A DNA stretch of 64,000 nt. Source: a virus. The position numbers and the translations under genes were made by a program. Numbering within the stretch: the first letter of the stretch is position 1; every line of letters starts with the position of its first letter. The notes below the pieces were generated by a model. It had not been told where the DNA came from. It saw nothing but the letters and a program-made list of their open reading frames with translations, and ran no database searches. The stretch spans positions 1-64,000 of the IMG/VR virus record IMGVR_UViG_3300018059_000011. The stretch is one strand, 5' to 3'. This document shows positions 25,248 through 33,169 of the stretch, piece by piece.

Positions 25248-26231
25248 ATGCCGATCCTCCTGGTGGTAGAAGATGGCGGCGGGAATCCCGACGCAAACTC
25301 CTATGCTTCGCTCGATGACGTTTCCAGTTACCACGAGATGCGCGGTAATGACGGCTGGCTGAGCGCGTTTTCGACGGCCACCGGCTTGCTCCTCTCCGAC
25401 GCGAATTACGCCGATGGCGAGATCGTGGTCATTGGCACCAAGACCTATACCTTCCAGGACACGCTTACGGATGTGGACGGCCACATTCAGGTCGGGTTGA
25501 CCGAAGCCGCGTCTATCGCCAATTTGGCGGCGGCCATTAACGGCAATACCGGGGTTCCCGGCACAGACTATGCGGCCTCCAATACCCCAAGCACTGAAGT
25601 AACTGCGGTCGCAGCCGCGCATAAGTTGACGGTGACGGCTGTCATCGCGGGATCGGATGCCAACTCCATCGTTTCCACTACCACGGCTGCGAACGCTTCC
25701 TGGGCCTTCAACACGTTGACAGGCGGTAGCGAAGAAGTTGCTAAGGCGTGCATTATCAAAGCCACCGACTACATTGAGAAGCGCTTCAGTGGGCGATTCC
25801 GGGGCACCCGGCAGACTGTCAGCCAAGGTCTTTCGTGGCCGCGCTTCAGCGCCCAGGACGAAGATGGATGGCTGATCGGTGGGATTCCGCCTCGGCTCAT
25901 CAAGGCCGTCTCCGAGTACGCGCTCCGCGCAAAAATTTACAATGTGCTGGCGCCCGATCCCACGCGGACGGCGCCGTCCCAGGACATGAGCACGAATCCG
26001 CCGACGCAGAGTTCGGAGGAGGTCGCGGCCACGCGCTTGAACTACAAGCGGCAGAAGGTCGGGCCGTTGGAGCAAGAGCTTCATTATTCGGCGCTCGACG
26101 AAACCATCAAGCAGAAGAGTGGCGGCTCCGCGCTGATCGCGATCACGTCGCTTCAAGAGTACCCGGAGGCCGATCTCATCATTGAGCATCTCCTCCGCAA
26201 TCGGGGCGTTCGTCTCGTAAGAGGAGACTGA
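25248..26231 (+). CDS. Head-tail adaptor (DnaT-like family) with inserted module
   Basis: LVVEDG.G..DANSYAS...; IIKATDYIE.RF..RF.G...QGLSWPR; insert at 25377-25727. Confidence 0.85.
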   Translation: MPILLVVEDGGGNPDANSYASLDDVSSYHEMRGNDGWLSAFSTATGLLLSDANYADGEIVVIGTKTYTFQDTLTDVDGHIQVGLTEAASIANLAAAINGNTGVPGTDYAASNTPSTEVTAVAAAHKLTVTAVIAGSDANSIVSTTTAANASWAFNTLTGGSEEVAKACIIKATDYIEKRFSGRFRGTRQTVSQGLSWPRFSAQDEDGWLIGGIPPRLIKAVSEYALRAKIYNVLAPDPTRTAPSQDMSTNPPTQSSEEVAATRLNYKRQKVGPLEQELHYSALDETIKQKSGGSALIAITSLQEYPEADLIIEHLLRNRGVRLVRGD

Positions 26232-26236
26232 GAGCG

Positions 26237-26785
26237 ATGGACCGGGTGTCTTGCCTTTACCGAATCACTTCTCCTTCCGGTAAGAGTTACATTGGAGTCA
26301 CTCATCGTATTGCTCGTCGCTTGGTGGAGCATCGCTGCGCCAAATCCCTTATTGGCAGCGCCCTTCGCAAATACGGGGATGAATGCAAAGTGGAAGTTCT
26401 GGTCGTTGGACCACCTGATTATATTCTGGGTTTGGAGCATTCGGCTATCGAAATTTTCGGGGCGCTTGCGCCAAACGGATACAATATCGCTATGGGTGGA
26501 ATTGGGGGCGCGGGCTGTCCCTTGCATCCCGATCATAAGGCGAAGCTCTCGGAATCTCATAAGGGCGTACTTTTTACGTCAGAGCGTAAGGCCAATTTGT
26601 CTAGGGTGATGAATGCCCCGGAATATAAGACTCAGATGTCAGTTTTGAAAACCGGGAAAGCGCATTCTCCTGAAACTAAGGCCAAGATTGCGGCTTCGCG
26701 CATTGGCAAAATTCACTCACAACAGACCAAGGCCAAAATGTCGGTCTCTCAAGTTAACCGATTTTCGGCGGCGAGGGGTGACTAA
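26237..26785 (+). CDS. GIY-YIG/NUMOD3 homing endonuclease
   Basis: CLYRITSPSGKSYIGVT; LAPNGYN..GG; HSPETKAKI repeats. Confidence 0.85.
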   Translation: MDRVSCLYRITSPSGKSYIGVTHRIARRLVEHRCAKSLIGSALRKYGDECKVEVLVVGPPDYILGLEHSAIEIFGALAPNGYNIAMGGIGGAGCPLHPDHKAKLSESHKGVLFTSERKANLSRVMNAPEYKTQMSVLKTGKAHSPETKAKIAASRIGKIHSQQTKAKMSVSQVNRFSAARGD

Positions 26786-27165
26786 TGTCGTCCTCATTTT
26801 ACAGTCCGTTCGCTGGCTGGATCGCGGCGTTGATCGCCAAGACTGGTCGCGAGGTCACGTTCGTGAAAACGTCGAGGACAGCAAGCGATAATGCGAAGCC
26901 TTGGCGCGCGGATAGCTCCAACGATGTGCGGGTAACGACAAAGGCCGTCATCATTCCGTTCGATGCCGAGGACGATCCGAGTTCGGTACGTCGTGGGAAG
27001 ATGGTCTGCTATGTGAATGCGCCGCCATTCGATGCCGTGCTCCCCGCCAAGCCCGAGGACTTCAATACGATTGAGGACAACGGCGACATCTGGAACATTC
27101 GCAAGGTGATCGTCTACAATCCCGGTGACACTAGATTGCTGTACGAACTCGATGTAGAAAAATGA
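26785..27165 (+). CDS. Head closure / head-tail joining protein
   Basis: LIAKTGREVT...KPW...W.I..V...NPG...LLYEL; synteny. Confidence 0.75.
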   Translation: MSSSFYSPFAGWIAALIAKTGREVTFVKTSRTASDNAKPWRADSSNDVRVTTKAVIIPFDAEDDPSSVRRGKMVCYVNAPPFDAVLPAKPEDFNTIEDNGDIWNIRKVIVYNPGDTRLLYELDVEK

Positions 27166-27719
27166 TTTTTCATCGCAAACTGCCTGCGGGCGTGGCTCTG
27201 GTTTACCACATTGTTTCTCCCTCCGGTCGCGGGTATATCGGGGTTACGGGGCATTTGCGCCTGCGTCTTTGGCAGCATTTGAACTCCGAAACTTTCCTCG
27301 GTTCGTCTCTTCGTAAATACGGACTGGACGCCCACGAGATCAAGATTCTTGCGGTATTGCCAACAGAAGAAGCCTTCGCTCTTGAAGAACGCGCTGTCCT
27401 GGCCTTTGGTACTCTGGCGCCTCATGGTATGAATTTGTATCTCGGCGGACTCGGAGGCGCTCGCGCTTTGAAGGGGCGGGTGCTCCCCGAATCGGAGCGA
27501 GAGAAGCATCGTGGTTGGCGCCATGATGAAGGCACAAAAATGGTAATCGCTGAACGCGCTCGTGAACAGTGGGCTCCCTTTGCGAAGCCCAAGAAGAACG
27601 GTAAACCGAAGTCGCCGGAGCACCGGGCGAAGTTGGCGGCGCATTTGGCGACGATGCGAAACGACCCTGCGAGGCTTGCTGGCCTTCGGGCGATTCATGC
27701 CATGAGGAGGGTCGCATAA
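27162..27719 (+). CDS. GIY-YIG/NUMOD3 homing endonuclease
   Basis: LVYHIVSPSGRGYIGVT; FGTLAPHGMN; KSPEHRAKL. Confidence 0.82.
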   Translation: MIFHRKLPAGVALVYHIVSPSGRGYIGVTGHLRLRLWQHLNSETFLGSSLRKYGLDAHEIKILAVLPTEEAFALEERAVLAFGTLAPHGMNLYLGGLGGARALKGRVLPESEREKHRGWRHDEGTKMVIAERAREQWAPFAKPKKNGKPKSPEHRAKLAAHLATMRNDPARLAGLRAIHAMRRVA

Positions 27720-28192
27720 TGCCGGTTCAAGACACAGGCGAGGCTCGCGACCTCATCATTGGCGTTGCCCAGGCAGCTATCAATACGCTGTCGCCGACGC
27801 CGAAGGTGCTGTACGCCGACAAGTCGGATGAAGTCCCGAAGGACGGAGATACTTGGATTCGTGTCGCCGCCGTCCATTTTGCGGGCTATAAGGCGTCGCT
27901 CGGAAATGCTCAGGGCAAGTCTCGATTCCGCAATCGTGGCATCGTTCGCGTTGAGGTCCACACGCCGTTTGGCGACGGGTATACCCTGAGCGACCAAATC
28001 ACAACCGTCATCAAGAACGCCTTCAGGAAACGCAGTTCGAGCGCCGATAAGGTCTCGTTCAGCAATGTTCTCTCCACGGAACAGCCCTATACCAGCAGGC
28101 CGGAATCCTCAGTTGTCGGGCCGGAAAAGGGCGATGGAAATTGGACCAGGGTGGACGTTACCGCAGAGTTCGATTACGCGGAAGTGGTATGA
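27719..28192 (+). CDS. Tail terminator protein
   Basis: WIRV..VH....ASLG....RFRNRG.V.VEV.TP.GDG...W.RVDVTAEF.Y.E; precedes the tail tube gene. Confidence 0.8.
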   Translation: MPVQDTGEARDLIIGVAQAAINTLSPTPKVLYADKSDEVPKDGDTWIRVAAVHFAGYKASLGNAQGKSRFRNRGIVRVEVHTPFGDGYTLSDQITTVIKNAFRKRSSSADKVSFSNVLSTEQPYTSRPESSVVGPEKGDGNWTRVDVTAEFDYAEVV

Positions 28193-28791
28193 GTATCTGC
28201 CTTTATCTTCTCACCTTTGCGAATGGCAAACAGTATATTGGTGTGTCCAGTGAAATGGACCGTCGTCTCAAAGAGCACAGCTTTCGTGATACTTTGGTAG
28301 GAAGGGCCTGGAGAAAATATGGGGCTCCAGCGATCAAAATCTTGCTGATCGGTGAGGACGATTTCATCTACGAGATGGAAAGAAAAGCCGTTAGTTCTTA
28401 CGGCACGCTTTTCCCCGATGGTCTCAATTTGATGGAAGGTGGCAAGGGCGGGCGTCGTATGTCTGGCGCCACAAGAACTAAGATGGCGGTTAGCCACATC
28501 GGGGCGATTATGCCGGTGGAAGTTCGGGCTAAAATCGGCGCCGCAAAGACTGGTCATAAACGCGAGCCATTCGGGCCGGATTGGTGTGCTAAATTGAGTG
28601 AGGCCGCGCGCAAAAGCTCTGGATTTTCTGGCCGCTCCCATAGCCCAGAAACTAGGGCCAAGATGGCGGCATCTCAATTGAGGCGCAAGGCGAGATCGTC
28701 TAAGCTAGGGTTGACAGTAGACCAGGAAGCCGAGTATCCTTACAGGGAGAAAGCCGGGCTTCCAGGCCAAGGACAGGGACCGATACCATGA
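28189..28791 (+). CDS. GIY-YIG/NUMOD3 homing endonuclease
   Basis: CLYLLTFANGKQYIGVS; YGTLFPDGLN..GG; HSPETRAKM. Confidence 0.82.
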   Translation: MSICLYLLTFANGKQYIGVSSEMDRRLKEHSFRDTLVGRAWRKYGAPAIKILLIGEDDFIYEMERKAVSSYGTLFPDGLNLMEGGKGGRRMSGATRTKMAVSHIGAIMPVEVRAKIGAAKTGHKREPFGPDWCAKLSEAARKSSGFSGRSHSPETRAKMAASQLRRKARSSKLGLTVDQEAEYPYREKAGLPGQGQGPIP

Positions 28792-31154
28792 CTGCATTGA
28801 CGAAGATCGACTCCAACGGCACGGGCCTTCGGTTCTGCGAGGAAGTCTCGCTCGGTGTGCTTTCGGCAACCGCCTCTCAAGTCTGGTATCCGGCTGAGCC
28901 CAACACCTACGACAATTTCGGCGGCCAGTTCAAGAAGGTCGCTCGGCGCCCCATCAATGCGTCGCGCCAGAATCGCAAGGGCGTGACCGTCGATCTCGAC
29001 GCGGCTGGTGGCTACAACACCGATCTCACGCAGACCAATCTCATCCGGTTGCTTCAGGGCTTCTTGTTCGCGGACGCCCGCGAGCCCTACGACAGCCAGT
29101 CGATCAACAATCAGGGCAGCGCCCTTACCGCCGTTGAAGATAGCGACGACACCTATCGTTTCTCCTACGGCAATGATCTCGACCGCGTGCTGGGGCAGAG
29201 CCTCGTGTTCGCCACCGATCTGGCAACGACCGCGAACAACGGTTTGAACGTAGTCAACTCGGTGACTCGCGCGCTCGCCGCCGGTACGCTGACGCTGACG
29301 CCCGGCGCAATCGTCGATGACGTTGTGGTTATCGACGGCGTGTACTATCAGTTTGACGCCACGGTCACTGCGGGCTCTGGCACCGGCTTCGACCCCTACG
29401 TTGTGGACATCGGCGCGAACGACACCGAAGCCTTTGCCAATCTCGTGAAGGCGATCAATGCGACCGGCACACCCGGCACGGAGTATAGCTCCGCGCTTGT
29501 GAGCGCGCATCCGACTGTCGAAGCCATTTCCAGCAATGCGACCACGATGGTCGTGAACGCCCGTAGCTACGGATACGCGGGCAACAGCATCGAGACCAGC
29601 GGCACCGGCAATGACGGCCTCGCTTGGGGCGGCACCACGCTCTCCGGCGGCACCGCGATGATCGACGTTGACGCGAGCCTCACCGACGAGACTGTCGATG
29701 ACGACCACGCGGGAGGCACCCTGACCTTCACCGCTGGCGCAATCGCCGATGACATCGTTGAAATCGACGGCGTGTTTTATCAGTTCGCGGCGGACCCCAC
29801 CACGGGCACGCCGGATGGCTCCGAAGGCGATCCGTTCCTCGTCGATGTCGGCGGCACCGATACGATCTCGCTCGCCAATCTTCGCAAGGCGATCAACGCC
29901 ACGGGCATCGCCGGAACGACCTATGCGGCGGAAGTCGTTGTCCATCCGACTGTGACTGCGGTTTCGTCCGGTGCGACCACGTTGGTTGTGCGCGCGAAGG
30001 CTGCGGGTACGGACGGCAATGCAATCACGACTTCAGTCACGCTCTCCAGCACCGATGACGGCCTCGCTTGGGGCAGCACCAAGCTCTCCGGCGGCAACAA
30101 CACTTCGGCCCGTGTCCGCGTGGTCGGTTATCAGTTCGCATCCTCCACCGTCGATGTGGTCGTGTCTTTCACGCATCCGAGAATCTCCCGCGCTTCCGGC
30201 GCTGTCGATTTCACTACGTTCGGTCTGGTCCCAGGCCAATTCCTCTGGGTTGGCGGCGATGTCTCTGGCAAGAAGTGGGTCAACGAGAACATGAATGGCT
30301 GGGCTCGCGTTCGCGAGGTCGGCGCCGCCTACATCGAGTTCGACAAGACCTCGGCGGATTGGGCCGCTGAAACCGGCACCAGCTTGACGGTTCAAATCTT
30401 CTTCGGCGTGGTCCTCAAGAACGAGTCCGATCCTACGCTCATCAAGCGCCGGTCCTATCACCTGGAGCGCTCTTTGGGCTCGCCGGATGACGCCGACCTG
30501 ACCGCGATCCAGAGCGAGTTGCTCACGGGCTCGGTTCCGAACCAGATGACCCTGGACTTCAAGACCGCCGACAAAGTGACGGTGGACTTGTCGTTCCTTT
30601 CGACCGATGACGTGCAGCGCACGGCCACGGAGGGCTTGCTCTCCCAGGCTGCGGTTCACGGCGGCGGCGCCGCTCCGGGCATCGTCAACGAAGACGCCTA
30701 CAATACGTCGAACGACTTTTCGCGGCTGAAGATGGTCATCCTCGACCCGTTGGATTCCAGCCCGTCTCCGCTGTTCGCGTTCTTGCAGGATTTCAAGATC
30801 ACGATCAACAACAACCTGAAGGCCAACAAGGCGATCTCTGTCCTTGGCGCCTTCGAGGTCACCGCCGGTCAGTTCGTTGTGACCGGGACGACCACGGCGT
30901 ACTTCGCCGACATTGCTGCAATCGCCGCCGTTCGCAACAACAGCGACGTGAGCATCGACTTTGCGCTTTCTCGTGACAACGTGGGCTTCGCGGTCGATGT
31001 GCCGCTGATCTCGCTGGGCGACGGACGCGCTGACGTGAAGCAGGACGAAGCCATCATGCTGCCGTTGTCCATCGACGCGGCTGCCGACCGGCTTTTCGAC
31101 TATACGATCCTGTTCGAGTTCTTCCCTTACCTGCCGGACGTTGCCGCCGAGTAA
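28788..31154 (+). CDS. Major tail tube protein (YuA-like) with two inserted modules
   Basis: KIDSNGTGLRFCEE...WYPAEPNTY.NFGG...VAR.PINASRQ.RKG..VDLDA; inserts at 29277-29651 and 29709-30095. Confidence 0.9.
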   Translation: MTALTKIDSNGTGLRFCEEVSLGVLSATASQVWYPAEPNTYDNFGGQFKKVARRPINASRQNRKGVTVDLDAAGGYNTDLTQTNLIRLLQGFLFADAREPYDSQSINNQGSALTAVEDSDDTYRFSYGNDLDRVLGQSLVFATDLATTANNGLNVVNSVTRALAAGTLTLTPGAIVDDVVVIDGVYYQFDATVTAGSGTGFDPYVVDIGANDTEAFANLVKAINATGTPGTEYSSALVSAHPTVEAISSNATTMVVNARSYGYAGNSIETSGTGNDGLAWGGTTLSGGTAMIDVDASLTDETVDDDHAGGTLTFTAGAIADDIVEIDGVFYQFAADPTTGTPDGSEGDPFLVDVGGTDTISLANLRKAINATGIAGTTYAAEVVVHPTVTAVSSGATTLVVRAKAAGTDGNAITTSVTLSSTDDGLAWGSTKLSGGNNTSARVRVVGYQFASSTVDVVVSFTHPRISRASGAVDFTTFGLVPGQFLWVGGDVSGKKWVNENMNGWARVREVGAAYIEFDKTSADWAAETGTSLTVQIFFGVVLKNESDPTLIKRRSYHLERSLGSPDDADLTAIQSELLTGSVPNQMTLDFKTADKVTVDLSFLSTDDVQRTATEGLLSQAAVHGGGAAPGIVNEDAYNTSNDFSRLKMVILDPLDSSPSPLFAFLQDFKITINNNLKANKAISVLGAFEVTAGQFVVTGTTTAYFADIAAIAAVRNNSDVSIDFALSRDNVGFAVDVPLISLGDGRADVKQDEAIMLPLSIDAAADRLFDYTILFEFFPYLPDVAAE

Positions 31155-31196
31155 GGGCTGAGTTTAACCTGAGTATCCCTGGGGAGGGGTCATAAA

Positions 31197-31832
31197 GTGG
31201 GTCGTAGACCACCGTATATGAGGGTGGCCCTTTCGCCAGCGGTAAAAGCCGCGCAGGAGATTGTTGATAAAGACCCTGTGAATCGGGCGCTTGTTTATCG
31301 TGTGACTTCGCCATCGGGGAAATCCTACATCGGCGTCACTAGTAACCTCAATCATAGACTGAGGCGGCACGCTAAAAATAGATCGCATATCGGGAACTCG
31401 ATTCGCGCATACGGCATCAAGAATCACGTAACAGAAGTGTTGGCGGTCCTTCCAAAAGAAGAAGCTTTTGCGCTTGAACAAAGAGCAATTGAAGCCTTTG
31501 GGACGTTGGCGCCAAATGGCATGAATCTGGTCTCTGGTGGTTTGGGAATGCAAAATCCAAGTGCAGAGACTCGGACCAAGCTTTCAGATGCTGGCAGAAA
31601 TATTTCTCCCGAGACAAGAGCTAAAATGGTGGCCGCCCAAATGGGGCGTATACATTCTGAAGAATCAAGAGCCGCGAGGAGAGGTCAGAGACGCTCCGCA
31701 GAAACTAGGGCTAAAATGTCTACATCGCACAAAGGCAAAACTCATTCCATTGAATCTAAGGCTAAAATATCGAGGGCAGTCCACGCTAGATATGCCCGGC
31801 CCACCCTTGTAGGGGCCATTCATTTGGCGTAG
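31197..31832 (+). CDS. GIY-YIG/NUMOD3 homing endonuclease
   Basis: LVYRVTSPSGKSYIGVT; FGTLAPNGMN; multiple S.ETRAKM repeats; start uncertain. Confidence 0.85.
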   Translation: MGRRPPYMRVALSPAVKAAQEIVDKDPVNRALVYRVTSPSGKSYIGVTSNLNHRLRRHAKNRSHIGNSIRAYGIKNHVTEVLAVLPKEEAFALEQRAIEAFGTLAPNGMNLVSGGLGMQNPSAETRTKLSDAGRNISPETRAKMVAAQMGRIHSEESRAARRGQRRSAETRAKMSTSHKGKTHSIESKAKISRAVHARYARPTLVGAIHLA

Positions 31833-31863
31833 AATCAAATATAACTTGGAGGAGAGTCCTATC

Positions 31864-32277
31864 ATGAGTTCCATTTTCGACGCATACAAAACGAACACCG
31901 ATGCCGAGAAGGAAGGCAAGTGGTTCCCGAGCGCGTTTGTGCCCGAGGCCGAGTTCTTGCTCGCGCGTGCCGGTGGCGCCAACACCAAGTTCAAGCAGAA
32001 GGTCGCGGTGGCTCTGAAGCCTCATCTGCGGCGCCTGCAAGACATGAAGATGCCCGAGGAAGAGACGAATGCCATCGTCATTCCTATCTTCGTGGACTAC
32101 GTGCTGCTCAACTGGAAGGGCGTCAAGCTGACGGACAAGACCGAGTATCCGTTCTCGAAAGAGAACGCGATCAAGGTGCTCACGTCGCTGCCGGACCTGT
32201 TCGCCGAATTGCGCGACAAAGCGCAGGAGTTCTCGAACTTCATCGACGAGGCAATCGAGGACGCCGTAAAAAACTGA
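31864..32277 (+). CDS. Tail assembly chaperone (G-like)
   Basis: LARAGGAN...W.GV......FSKENA..L..LPDLF; ends in a slippery site. Confidence 0.85.
   Translation: MSSIFDAYKTNTDAEKEGKWFPSAFVPEAEFLLARAGGANTKFKQKVAVALKPHLRRLQDMKMPEEETNAIVIPIFVDYVLLNWKGVKLTDKTEYPFSKENAIKVLTSLPDLFAELRDKAQEFSNFIDEAIEDAVKN
32268..32274 (+). other. Programmed -1 frameshift site A AAA AAC
   Basis: GTA AAA AAC TGA; the -1 frame stays open to 32702. Confidence 0.8.
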
Positions 32278-32702
32278 CGGCGGTCCTTCTCTGGGAATTG
32301 GAGCAAGGGCCGAAGGCAGAGTTCATCGCCGAGATGGCGAGGAAGATGAAAACCGGCGTACCCAAAAAGATCGCCGAGCCACCGACCCTGCCTTCCTGTC
32401 TGGTATTCTACTACGAGGCATTCCTGACACTTTCGTCATGCCGCCAAGTCAGCATGTCGGAGTATCGTATTCCTTGGACTGCGGCCAACGAGTACGGCAA
32501 GCGTTACGAGATGCTGCCGTTCGAGTTCGAGGACTTCTGGGTCTTGCTGTCGGCTATGGATGCGGTGTATATTAAGCACAGGAACAAGGAATCCGAGAAG
32601 CGCCAGCAGGGCGCTAGGAAGCCGCCTGTAGGAAAGCCAGACGATAGTGGGAACTCAGCCGTTCACGTTGTTCGCAAAGGTCATAACCAAGCGCGCCGAT
32701 GA
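32274..32702 (+). CDS. Tail assembly chaperone frameshift extension (GT-like)
   Basis: PTL......YYEAF..LSSCR......IPW.A...Y..........MDAVY motif. Confidence 0.75.
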   Translation: MTAVLLWELEQGPKAEFIAEMARKMKTGVPKKIAEPPTLPSCLVFYYEAFLTLSSCRQVSMSEYRIPWTAANEYGKRYEMLPFEFEDFWVLLSAMDAVYIKHRNKESEKRQQGARKPPVGKPDDSGNSAVHVVRKGHNQARR

Positions 32703-33168
32703 AATGGCGAAGTCCGCTGGTGAGATTGTCGCTGTCGCGGCCAGGGCCATAGGCGAGGACGTGGCGACCGAGACCCCAGTCGATACCGGGGTAGCCCGCT
32801 CCAATTGGATAATGTCCATAGACGCGCCGACCGGCGAAGTCATACCGGCCTACGTTCCGTATCCGCGCACCCATCAGCAGCATCGCATCGGTGAGTACAA
32901 GCATCAGGCCGCGACCGGCCAGGAGTACGGCTTTGGCCGGAAAGAGGAACGGGCGAATCTCGCCGCCGTGCTCGCGCAGCATGAAGCCGCCGTGGCCTCG
33001 TTCGATCCCGAGCGCAACAATGCGATCTATCTCTGCAATAATGTCGATTACATTCGTCGTTTGAACAACGAGGGATACTCCCCACAGACCGAAGCGTTCT
33101 TCGTTCAGCGTGCCGTGCAAAAGGGCATCACGAAGATTCGCTCGATGAAACTTTTGAAGGCGGCATAA
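32647..33168 (+). CDS. HK97 gp10-like tail completion protein
   Basis: TPVDTGVARSNW...IYL.NNV.YI..LN..G.S.Q. Confidence 0.85.
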   Translation: MGTQPFTLFAKVITKRADEMAKSAGEIVAVAARAIGEDVATETPVDTGVARSNWIMSIDAPTGEVIPAYVPYPRTHQQHRIGEYKHQAATGQEYGFGRKEERANLAAVLAQHEAAVASFDPERNNAIYLCNNVDYIRRLNNEGYSPQTEAFFVQRAVQKGITKIRSMKLLKAA

Positions 33169-33169
33169 C

